Assembly: GCF_036321535.1 (NCBI RefSeq)
Contig: NC_087436.1
Span: 24,244,001 to 24,308,000 of the forward strand
DNA from: Camelus dromedarius
Taxonomy: Eukaryota
Length of the DNA: 64,000 nucleotides
Direction: 5' to 3'
Shown in pieces: positions 1 to 11,959 of this stretch (within the stretch, counting starts at the first letter, position 1; the number at the start of each line of letters is the position of its first letter). The notes beneath the pieces are model-generated. The model did no database searches. It saw only the letters and a list, made by a program, of their open reading frames with translations, and was not told the DNA's origin. The translations under genes and the position numbers were made by a program.

Positions 1-199
1 ATTCTACTCAGCTGAAAACCTTAAAGAATGGGCAGAATTTGCTCAGTTGGTAATAGAGGAAAGACATTTCAGCAAGAGTGAGAAGTATGAAAAAAGGCTT
101 GGCATGGGAAAGCACTGGGAATGTTTGCAGAGCTGTGAACAACCCAGTGGTTGACTTGTCGGTTCATAGATTAATGGAAAGCAGATTTCCAGGGTTGGT

Positions 200-250
200 T
201 TTTTTTTTTCAATTATATATTTTATTGAAGTGTGGTTGATTTACAGTGTT
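200..250 (-). mobile_element. Very short L1 3' terminus with poly(A)
   Basis: T-run then ttttattgaagtgtggttgatttacagtgtt; same motif at 36780 and 59862. Confidence 0.6.
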
Positions 251-599
251 TCCAGTTTTTTAATTACGATGTGCTGATGCTCCACTTGGGAAAGACACTG
301 TACAACAATGAAAGTGGCCCTTTCTTTTGTCTTTGAATGGCAGTATTTTCAACAAGCTGCCAGTGTGGCCCTCTTGACCACACAATTAGTAACGCTAACC
401 CTGAAATTTTCATGAGCAATGATGAAAGAGCACACAAGACTCAATATTAATACAGATTAATATAAGCCTATTTTTGTCAGAAAGTCTCATTTACATGTTT
501 GAAAGACAGAAGTCTCAATATTTCATGATAGTTTCTTCTCCTAACAGGAGAAAGCTCAAAATTGTTTTTTCTAAAGCATCTCTAGGGGAATATCACTCA

Positions 600-955
600 A
601 CATTAAAAAGGAATTAACCATTGACACATGCAGCAACACAGATGATTCTCAACATCATTATGCTGAGTAAAAGAAACCAGATTAAAAAAAGTAAATACTG
701 TATGATGATCTCTTTTATATCAAACTCTAGAAACTGCAAACTAATCTATAGATACAGGAAGCTGAGATTGGGGCTGGGCAGGGTAGGAGGGAAGGATTAC
801 AGAAGGGCATGAGAAAACTTTCTGGAGTGATGGGTGTGTTCACTACTTTGTGGTGATGATTTCATGGCCGTGTACATGTATCAGTTGTACATATTAAATA
901 TGACTTTACTGTTTACTGTATGTAAATTATACCTCAATAAAACTGTTTTTAAAAC
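600..955 (+). mobile_element. Old L1M 3' end fragment
   Basis: aacatcattatgctgagtaaaagaaaccag...tatgtaaattatacctcaataaa typical L1M 3' UTR. Confidence 0.7.
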
Positions 956-1205
956 ATAACACTTCCCTTTGAGGACCATCAACTTCATCTTTTATACTAT
1001 TTTATGTCACATCTGAGTAAAAGATTATGTGATGTTTAAATAAGATCAGTGTGTGTGTGTTTTAATTTCTGGACCAGATAAGATAATCATGGCAAAAAAG
1101 ACAAAAGCACTTATATGACTAGGTATAAACTATTATAGTTAAATGAGTAAGTACCTTGCATAAGGTAGAATGGTCTACAATATCTTATTTCTATAGATTG
1201 AAACT

Positions 1206-1338
1206 GCTTTATTAGGGAATACTTTATTAGCTTTATTAGGGAATACTAGGGAATACTTAAATTCCCTAGTATTAATATAAATTAATAAATTAATACTTTA
1301 TTAGCTTTATTAGGGAATACTAGGGAATACTTAAATTC
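1206..1338. repeat. Complex direct/inverted micro-duplication
   Basis: 47-bp block 1218-1264 = 1292-1338, with inverted 12-mer 1262-1273. Confidence 0.9.
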
Positions 1339-1848
1339 AGAATACAAGTAGATAATGGAATAAATAGTCCTGTTACTACCTCATGTAATAATGTAAAAAC
1401 AGACTATTCACTGACAGAAAAAATTTAATTTTATTAACCTTCTTCATTTCGACATAAACTGTAGAGATGGCATCGCCATGTAGTTGTTGAATACTGGGTA
1501 TATTGTTGAAACATTCCTGACAGTGTTCAATTTCTCTTTTATGCAGCTATTCAAGGAACATACAGAAGGCCCAAACCAAGTAAATTTCCTTCCTAAAGGT
1601 GTGCATGTGACTGTCACAGTGAGCCTTATGCTGTCCCCATGAATACAAGCCTCAACCCAGGCAGGCGATTGTGTATCCTCTGACTACCTCATGCTCAAGG
1701 CTCTCCCGTATCACACACACAAACTATAAGTAAAACAGTAAATAAAACAGCCAACCAACTTGATCCCTGCCCTGTGGGGATTAGTCTAGTCAGGGCCACA
1801 AACTGGGTATTTCAATACAACGTAGTGGGTGCTATGAGAGCAGAAGTA

Positions 1849-2331
1849 CAAGCAGACCTGGCTTCAGTGTGCTTTGCTTTATTGTGCTGTGCAGAAATTA
1901 TGTTTCCAATTGAAGGTTCATGGCAGCCCTGCGTCAAGCAAGTCTATTGATGCCATTTTTCAAAGCATTTGCTCATTTTGTGTCTGTGTGTCACATTTTG
2001 GTAATTCTCCCAATATTTCAAACTTCATTACTATTATATTTGTTATGCTGATCTGTGACCACTGATCTCTAACATTACTATTGTAAAAAGATTATGAGTC
2101 GCTGAAGGCTCAGATGATTAGCATATTTTAGCAATAAAGTATCTTAAACGTATGTACATTGCTTTTTTAGACATAATGCTATTGTACATTTAACAGACTA
2201 CAGTATAGTGTAAGCATAACTTTTATATCCACTGGGACACCAACGAAATGTGTGTGACTTGCTTTATTGTGATATTTGCCTTATTGCAGTTATCTGGGAC
2301 CAAACCTGCAGTGCTTGTGAAGTCTGCCCCA
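1849..2331 (+). mobile_element. Internally deleted Tigger1-type (TcMar) DNA transposon
   Basis: Both Tigger1-like ends (caagcagacct...ttgaaggttcatggcagccctgcgtcaagcaagtctat; ...gctgaaggctcagatgat...gaagtctgcc), flanked by TA. Confidence 0.8.
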
Positions 2332-2769
2332 TATAGACACTGTGTTAGTTCAAAAGAGCACCAAGAGCAGTTGGGGGTTTAGGGAAGACAAGTGGGAAGA
2401 AGTTTATCATAAAATGAAAGCACTGAGTAAGAGGAAAAAAGTGATGAAATAATGAGGTTAAAGAGGTAAGGAAAGATGAGATTCTGCAGTGGCCTGTAAA
2501 CTATTTTATTCTAGAAGCAGTGGGAAGCTCTTTTGAAGGATTCTAAGCCAAGGAATTAGATTTGTGTTTTAGAAATAATATTATGATTGCAGCATGGGGG
2601 AAAGACTAATTTAGGCAAGATATGATGATACTAATTACTGAATGATAAAAATTAATGATGAAGACAGACATGCCCATAGAGTGGAAGGAAGATGAGCACA
2701 GAAAACTGAGAAGGACCAGCTAAGGATACTCCCTGCCTTCTCACTCCACCTCAGACAGGCAGAACTTAC

Positions 2770-2980
2770 TGTTGCTCCCTTGGGCTCCCACTGTTTTCCA
2801 TGTATGCACCTATCAAGGCACCCCTCACTTGTCATTGCATGTATTTATCTTTGTTCCTCCTTCTACTAAACTGTAAGGGTCTTAAGGCAAAGGCCATGTC
2901 ATGTTCATCACTGGATTCCCAGAACCCAGCACAGTGCATGGCAGATACTCTTTAATAGACTTTTATGAAATAATTAATGA
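2770..2980 (+). mobile_element. L2 3' fragment
   Basis: actaaactgtaagggtcttaaggcaaaggccatgtc...cccagcacagtgcatggcagata. Confidence 0.6.
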
Positions 2981-5900
2981 TGAGATAATTTTTATTAAAG
3001 TATTTTTTGTCTTTGGCATTTGTACAAGGTTATATTACACCCATGATGTAGTAAGACTCAGAAAAGTTAAGTAAACTGCCTGAGAAGCTTCCAGCATTAT
3101 TCAGACCCAAGTCTGTATGAGTCCATGCTTTTCCCACTATATCCCTCCAAAGACTGGTGAATGAAATCTACCTTTTTCAAAAGTGGGGAAAATAGGGATT
3201 GTGTCTTATATAAAACAGATACTGATCCTTATACTAAAGAGGGTGCAGTCCTATAGAGAAAGTCCTTGGGTTCTGTCTTCCAGCACGTCTGCTACATGCC
3301 TGTCAGAGTGTGGCAAATCAATGGCTGCTTGTTTAAACCGTAAGGCAGTCCAGCAGCAACTAGGCCACACTAACACACTCAGCATTCTGCACAGCAGCCC
3401 CTGCAAGGATCCAGCAATTATCACCACACCATGGATTTATAAACCCTTCCACAAAGATAAGGTCAAACACTGCCTGGGACCCTCAGTTCAACAGTTTTGT
3501 TCATAACAACTAGGCAAAAAGCTGAGAAACTAGTTTCATCCAACCTTTTCATTCCTGGTCACTGCTCAGAAGGCAGCCTCCCACCCATCCATCAGATCGC
3601 TTTTATTTCTTGTCTCCAAACTGCCATGTACCTGACAGCATGCCCTCGTGACCGCTCGTCCCCACCTTTCCCACAAAATCCTCCCTTAGCCTTTTCCAGC
3701 CTGGTTCCACTTGGCAACCAATTCCACTATAAATAAATTCATCTATGCCCTCAGCTTTTTTCATGAATATGTCTTCTATTTCCTCAACCTCTTTCTCAAA
3801 GATACAGCTTCCTTTGCAGTTTCCTCAAACTATATGTACCACAAGGCTCAGAACTGGTATTGCCCATTTTTGTCCCAAAGCCTCTTCTAGAGCATTTCAC
3901 TCTCCTATGAAAACTTCCATTCCTTTTAAGTCATTCCATCTCCTTTTGGCACCCGATAGCTTGCTTTTTCCCCAATATCCATTAACGTCCACATCATTCT
4001 CCACAATAACATTACACCTAGATCATGTTATTCCTTTAAACCTCAATTCATTTCATCATTTCCTAGGAGATTTCAATATTCGTGTGGATGGTCTGACCCA
4101 AACAGCACAGTTCCAGGGCCACTTCAACCTCCTTCCCTGGGTCATACTCTGTTTTGTTATAGAGTACTTCTGAGTGATTTCAGTACCCTTCTCCTTCCAT
4201 GCATAGTACCTCTGATCCAGTCTCATTAAGACCTTCATTCTTGTAATACTGCCTTTCTTCCAGTCTATTCTTGGTCCCACTTCCTTCCATACCTGGCCTG
4301 GATCTCTTAATTTGTCATATGATCTATTCTCTCACTAGTGCTTTCAACCTCCCTCCACAGTTTTCCTTCCCTGGTATCTGTCTTTCAACTCGCAATTCTA
4401 GAACAGTGCTATATTCTGCCAGGCACTAGGCACCAACACCCTCAACCCTCTTCCCTTCATCCTTGTCTTTCTCCTCTATGCATCACTCAACTCACAATTC
4501 TGGGTCAATCCAATAGGCCATTCAACTGAGGTACTAGAAATAATCATAAAACCACTGTATTTTCATGATTTCCAAACTCAATATGACGGTTAACACTGTT
4601 CATTAATGCTTCTGTCTTTAGTCAGTTGTCCGTTCCAAACCATCTCCATTTTTTTCTGGACCCCCCAACCTAATCTTTTAACCCTTCCTACTTCACAAAT
4701 AACATGAGCTTTTCCTTTCTACTTCATAAAAAATACTGAGACCATCTAATATAAACCTCTCTTCTCACAGCTAGAACTTTATTTATACCATTCTCTTACT
4801 TCCTTCTCGTTTCTGAGAAAAGGTATCTTTTCAAGGCCCACCTTTCCTGTCTCCTTTGGGATCTGACTCCATCAATTTTCTCCCTTCTTCTCTATAGGTT
4901 CCTTCATTCTAATTACAGTCATGCTGAAGTCTCTCAAATATTGTATCTCTTTTTACCCTTTTATTTCCTTGTGGTTTCTGCCCTCCCATCTTTCCTTTCC
5001 ATCTCATTTAAAGCTTTTCAAAAAAGTGGAATTCTCTTGAAGTCTGTCTTCACCTCCCATACACTGATCAGCTTCCCTGGCTTCAATTTTCACTACTCTG
5101 TGGAAATTGATTTTTCTAAATTTATGAAGGACTCCCTAATTGCAAAATCTCATAAACCTTAGAATTTGTGAGTTTATGATCATTTTCAATAATGGTAATT
5201 TTTCCCTCCTTTTACTCAGGAAGAGTCACTCTTTGGCCTGCAATATAACACAGTAGTTGGGTGAAAGGTAAGTACAGAATAGACCCTATTATCTTGGCTT
5301 CTAATTATAATACTTCAGCAAGACAGCATGGCAATCTCTAATAATCAATACCTCTCTAACATACAGCTCTTGGCCACTTTACTACGGTCATCTTATCCAC
5401 CGAAGTGGTTTCTTTTGCAGGACACTGTATTTTACTTAAGGGATAAAGGATAGTAGTTTCTAATTCACAGAATTAGTAAATGATCTTAAGACAGTTATTT
5501 TTACCCTGTTAAAAATCCACTTACCCACTGTAAAAGGAAATCCACACTCCAGCCTAACAGGGGATTATTGGGGGAAAAAGGTAAGTCTGAAATATAAAGC
5601 AGGGTCAGCATAAAATATGTTGTACATATCAAAGGGCTAAAGAAATACTGTGTAAAAATGCACAGTTTGGAAAATATCCATTTTTTAATTTCAACAATTC
5701 TTTCTTCTAAGGCAATTCTAAATAGCACAAGGCATTTAATTTCGGTAATATAGGCAAAATAATGTGATCCAGGAACATAGTGTATTAGTTTGCCTTTAAA
5801 TGAAAACCTCAGTTCAAGTTCCTGCTCTAACATCTGCAGTTTTGTGAACCTGAACACCCAGCTGATAATGGTAGAAGCAACACAGGGAGAGACATACACG

Positions 5901-6467
5901 GGTTCTTCGACCCAGCTCTCTGCTACTAGGTGGGTACCGTCAGAAAGTCATGTAACATTTTTGAGATGTTCATCTGTAAAGGAGGGGTAATAATACCTAT
6001 GTATGAGCACTTTGGAAATTACAAAGGACAATAATGGTTTAGGCATTACTGGAGCCTCTTTTCCCCCTGAAAATATATGTTACACCTTCTGGGAATCCTC
6101 CTACCTACTTTTGATTTTCTCATCTCTCTTGATAAATCAGTAAAAGTACCCTTAACCTTATGGGAGAGTATAGGAAACAAAGAAGCATTTGTTTCCACTA
6201 TAGATAGTTTTCCTACTTTCTGAGTGAATTAGTATATCTTTGTCCCACTTTTTCAGTGGGGAATAAAAAATTGTATGTATCTATTTAACTTTATAAAAGT
6301 ATCCCACATAGACCCAAAGTCAACAAAATACCCAATATTAACATTTTGCCATATTTATCTCAAACATGTTTTTTAAGAAATAAAAATTATAGACCACCTA
6401 TGTGCCTCTCCCTCCTTTAAAGAGAAACACTGTCCTGAATTTTTTGTTTATAATTCCCAAACTTTTT

Positions 6468-6595
6468 GGGGGAAGGGGGTGGTATTTAGGTTTATTTATT
6501 TATATTTATTTATTTTTAACAGAGGTACTAGGGAATGAACCCAGGACCTTGTGCATGCTAAGCATGAGCTCCACCACTGAGCTATAACTCTTCTG
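6468..6595 (-). mobile_element. tRNA-derived SINE (camelid Vic-1-like)
   Basis: Reverse of gtatagctcagtggtggagc...gcttagcatgcacaaggtcctgggttca..ctagtacctc..aataaacctaaatacc. Confidence 0.85.
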
Positions 6596-7179
6596 CACCA
6601 AACTCGTTTTTAAACATGTGCTTTATGTGAATATATCCATAAACCAACTTAGTATTGTTTACTTTTAGTAAATGAATATTGCCAATTGCCCTCATAATGA
6701 TTATGCCAATTTATACTCCCCAAGGCAGTACACCTGAGAGTTCCTATGTTGTTTTTCAACATCTTAGCCAACATTTGATATTCAGATTTCTAAGATCTTA
6801 CCAACCTGATAAATGTAAATTATAGTATCTTTATTTTGACCCTGCAGACCACAAGTCACCTCTCTTCTAAGTTTCAGACCCAAATGCCTAGCTGCCTACT
6901 ACACATCTTATGGTACTTACATGCCTAAAATTCATATCTGAAAAGACCTCTTCTCCCTCAATTTCTTCTTCCCAGTTCTTTACTGTTTAATGATACCGTT
7001 AAAGACAATGCCAAACACTGGGCATCACTGCTAACTCTTCTTACTCCTCCATGCACTGCTCCCTTCCCTCCAACACAGCCAGCTGACCCAGGTGCTACCC
7101 TCTTAGCCTCTTGTATCCTTGCTCTCCTCTCCATACTTAACTGCTCTTGTCCTTACCACTTCTCATCCGATGTTACAAT

Positions 7180-7400
7180 GATTAGAAACAAGCACTTTGG
7201 AGTTAGACATACTTGGTTTAAATGCAGATTTTTATCACATATAAGCTATGTGACCATGGGAAAATTACAGTCTTCAAGTTTTCTGTTAAATGGTAACAAT
7301 ATCTACCTTATATGGTTTTTTCAAGGATTAAAGAGCTGATGGGTACAAAATGTTTACATTGCCTGGCACATAGTAAGAGCTCAGTGAGTGATATCTACTA
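7180..7400 (+). mobile_element. MIR SINE
   Basis: agcactttggagttagacatacttggttta...gctatgtgaccatgggaaa...gcctggcacatagtaagagctca. Confidence 0.65.
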
Positions 7401-9468
7401 TTCATTAGCTCAACTTGAGTCTTCTGATTAGTCTTGGTGCCTCCCATCTTGCTCCCATTTCCATCACATTACTAGCAGAATTCTCTCAAATTCTTGTCAT
7501 CCTTCCCTAATTCGTCAATAAGTGACCTCTGCTTACACAAAGCCAAATTTAGTCTTTCAGTAGATCATCTAAGTCTCTCTTTAATATGAGTCCCAGCCTC
7601 ATCTCCCAGATTCTATTCACATTATTTTACATACAGTTCCTGAATACATTATCTTCTTTCATGTATCTGTGCCTTTAGGCACATGCCATCTTTAGTCTGT
7701 GTAGGAAATGCATCTTTATCTTTCCAAACCCAACTGAGGATTCTGTTAAGCTTTTCCTAGTCCATCTAAATAGAAATGAATAGTGACTCAGAGGTTTATA
7801 TATTGCTGCTGCAATCATTTCTTGATTTGCCTGTCTCCTTCACTAGCCTGTGAAAACTGAGAGCAAGGACTACATCATATATTCCTAATATGAAACATAG
7901 TTCCTGGAGGTGGCAAGCATTCAATAACTACTGAATGGATGGAAGGAAGGACATGCATCATAATGAAATCATCACCACAGAGTAGTGAAGGAAGAACACT
8001 GGGACTGGCCTTATTTCATATCTTCCAAATAACTTTAAACAGCAGCATCAAGAAATCTGCCAAGCTCACTAACACGAGTAAAAGTTTCCATGAATGTCAA
8101 AATGAAGGAGGATGCAGGTATTGCAGATGGTTTTATCTACTGTGTGAAAAGGCAAAACAGTGTAAAGTGCTAGCACATGTAAAATACTAGGGGGGAAAAA
8201 TCACAATTTGAGCTTTTAGTGTCTAGGAAAAGATTATAAACTACTTTCTGAGTATGCTGGCTCAATGTGCCAAAGGAGACAAGACATTCAAGTAGAACAC
8301 TGCTCGATTAAGCAAAGCGAAGTGAAAACAGCTAAGAACATCCTCTGCAAATACTGATATTTATAATGAATGCTTACTATGTGTCAGTCTTTGTGGTAAT
8401 CCCTTTAGATACAGTATGTTATTTAATCCTTCCAACAACTATATGAACTAGAAATTCTCAGTATTTTGCCCAAGGTACCGAGCCAGGATTTAAACTTGGA
8501 TCTGTCTGATCTAAGGGCTTATGTTTTTAACTACATCATACTACTGTTATGTCAAGCCACAAAATGTTCATGCCAGAAATTTGGCATCTAGTCACAAGGA
8601 TCAGAGAAAAGTAGCTAAAGCATAAAGTAAGCCTTTCACTTGAAGAGATTAAAACAATTTTGACCTTCCAGTTTGCAAAGGTGAAGGAAAATCATCCACG
8701 TCCATGTACTCAAGAATGGCATATTAGTATCAACCAGACTCTTTTATCAAAATCTCTGGCTGTTAAGAACAAACTAGATAGACTTGAGGGTTAATCTATA
8801 AAACAATTCCTATTTTATTAAAGAAAAATACTAGGTTGAATAAATTTGGAGGGTCAATCCAGAATGTTATTTTAACAGATCTCATAAAGCAGGTTTTCAT
8901 TTCATATATGATTCTGTAGCACGTAAATCTCCTTTCCAGGTTCTATACTAACAAGTCAACATTTGGTTTGAATTGTCTGTCCTAGACTCAGGGTTCCTAT
9001 CACATCTTAGATTTGTAATACCAATTCACTCATTTATAGAAAAATGTAGTCCTTTAGGGAGAAAAAAATATGTATTTGATTGGAGGTTAGATATGTCTAT
9101 TTGGAGTGTATGAATTTTCAGGGAGTAATACCTACCACCTATCCTTGAAAAGCCTGCTGACTCAGAACGCGTCCATTCAAAAACTCAACCATCTACCCAA
9201 AGCAGTTATATTCTAAAAGTTGCTTCAATGAAGCCAAATTACCATGACATCTAATAAAACTATGCAGAGGTATTTTTTTTTCTTTCAATACCAGCATCTC
9301 AGGTAGTAGAGCAGCAGCATGATTTAAGTAGAGAAAAAGCATGGACTTCAAAAATAACCAGAAAGCTCCTGACAGAAAGTTCAATACAAATTCTTCCACT
9401 TAATGTAAGATAGGGGAAAGTTAATCTTTTTGCACTTACATAGTTGCTTGCCCCTTCCTCAAAAAGGA

Positions 9469-9680
9469 CAGTGGTTCTCAACTTTAGATGCACCTCAGAA
9501 TCACTGTGGGGTGGGGGTGGGGGGGCAGGGACAGGGAGGGAAGTAGGGGAGGAAAACAAGTGGGAGAAGAAGGAAGGCCAATGTCCAGGACTGACTCCGG
9601 ATAATTTAAGCCAGAATTTTTGCAGGTGGGCCTGGACAGTGAAGTTTGCGTTTTTAAGTAGTACCCGTGGGATTCTAACA
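9469..9680 (+). mobile_element. MER5-like hAT-Charlie element with internal G-rich tract
   Basis: cagtggttctcaactttagatgcacctcagaatcac start; ...gtgggcctgga...gtttttaagtagtacccgtgggattcta. Confidence 0.6.
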
Positions 9681-11959
9681 TACAATTAGGATTAAGTTTA
9701 TGACTTAAAAAGATCCAATTGCCAATTCTAAGTAGAGGAGATCAGTTGTGGACCACAGCTATTAGTTGTGATGAACACTGGCTACATATAGATCACGTCT
9801 CTAGAAATAACCACTGCAGGTCCCCACCTTACTTGTAATGATTATTAAATACAGATACTAGGCTACAGAAAACAGAGCCTCACAGGTAAGTGCCTTGTAT
9901 GTTACCAGTCCCCTTATATGCTCTTTGAAAGATAAAACAACTACTGAGTGACAATGTTTGCAGTAACTTAATTCCACTGGACATGATTGTTACCTGGGTG
10001 GTTGGTTGCTAAAGACATGAAGGATGAGTAGATTCACTGCCAACTAATGCCACAGTGAACAGGCAACTGAGAAAGTTAGAGGATGGTCCGCCAGTCATCT
10101 GCTTCCTACAAGGCCAGCCACAACCATTCCTCTGAAAAACTATAGGAAAAAAACCAAAAATTAGATGAGAGAGATTCAATCAACATAAATAAAGTATCTG
10201 TGGTATTTTGAGGAAATTCCTTAAGACCAACAGAGAGAGACAAGGGGAAGAAAAATGGGAATACTCTAATAAATCAATAGACAAGGGATAAAAAATTCAT
10301 GAGCCTTTGTAGGTGACCTGAAAGTTAATAGTACTTTACTGCTGTTTTCTACAATCTGTAGGGCATTACTGATACTCACAGCAAATGCAGCAAGGATTTG
10401 AGTATCTACTATGTACTGCCCTAGTTACTATACCTTTTAGTATAATGTACACAGTGTAAATCCTCAAGATTTCATACATCAGATTAGAAATGGATTTACA
10501 TGTGTCTGAATCAACGCAGTAATCATTTAACTGATTACAATATGACACTGTAATTAGATATTTCTCTAAAATAAAAGCATCCTAGCAGGTCAATGAAAAA
10601 TGCTATGTGAAATGGAATGACTGAAATAATGGAAGCTATTGAAATAAAATTTTAGGTTATAAAAAAATTTACAAGTGAAGCAGCTGGCTTATTCTTAGGT
10701 CCTTTTCAATGAGCATCTGAGCAAATAAGGTTAATAGTACAGCAATACTATCTGAATGTTTCTGAATACTTCCAATACCGTTATTAAATTTAGCTTAGAA
10801 AAAACTACTAAGTTAATGAAGGGAAGAATTAGTATTTAGTATTCCATTCCATTCCAATTAGTATTTAGTTTAGAACTTAAAGAAGAAAAGGGAAGGATCT
10901 GGGAGACAGGTTTATTATTCACTTCTTTAAATGTTCCTCTTTTCATTTTAAAAAATCTCAACCAGCAGTTAAGACTACTTGGGGGCAAATAGTACTTCAA
11001 AAGAAAAGATGGGAAGTGGTAGCTAACTTAGATACTCACTAACAATTAAGAAACATCAGAGTTTTAGAATACTTTAGAAAACCCAGTACCTAGACCAGTT
11101 GTAATGAGGCATCAAGGTACTAGACAATGGATTTGATAAACTTGCAGATCAAAGTAAACAAGTAGCAAGTTTATAAAAGCTCAGTGTTATGAAACGATGG
11201 TAAATTGTAAAGATAGCCATAGAATGGTATGGAGAGAGGCTTCTTGTTTGTCAGACAATGCATAGGTAAGTATATATAGAAGGCAAATTTAATTACTAAC
11301 TGAGAGCAAGCCATGGGATCCAGAATACTTTCCAAAAATCTCTCCACTCCTATGTTGTATCTAAATGAGAAGATAATTTGTACTTATTGAGGCCAAGTTA
11401 AAGATTTAGCCAACAGGAGAAATTACATCACAAATAGGAAATTTCCCATCATATATTCATCACCATCAATTTTTTTTTCAGTTAGGAAGAACCATACCAC
11501 TTGTATGAAATAATACCGACACTTAAAATGGACACAAAGTCCTCATATTTTAAAAAGAGCCCTGAGGATTAAAATTCCAAGCCTATCTATATTTGACAAT
11601 TTAATAAAAGTTCTAATTTAAATAGTACCAGTTTTTCTTTCTTCTGGCTACAATCCCACGATGGCATCAAATCAAAGGCAATTACATAAATCCAGAGGTT
11701 GGAAATCTTTAGACCCTCTTTCCTACAACACGTTGCTTCCCTTTCCTTCTATATATTTTTACATCACTGTAAGAGGGGGTATGTCTTTATGGAGGTAGCA
11801 CTGTTAAATAGGCTGTATAACATAGAGTATGTAACAGATAATCTTCTGCTTTATCAAAATTAAGTATTCTTTTCTCCAGAAACTCCTGCACACTACTAAT
11901 ACTTCTATTTCAACATCATTGTGTAGAATGCATATTGAAAGGTGAAGGTGCAATAGAGT

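Noticed and set aside
3183..5990. Cluster of 60-140 aa ORFs in the intergenic part
   Set aside because: No recognisable protein similarity, low-complexity S/L/F-rich composition, overlapping decayed L2-like sequence
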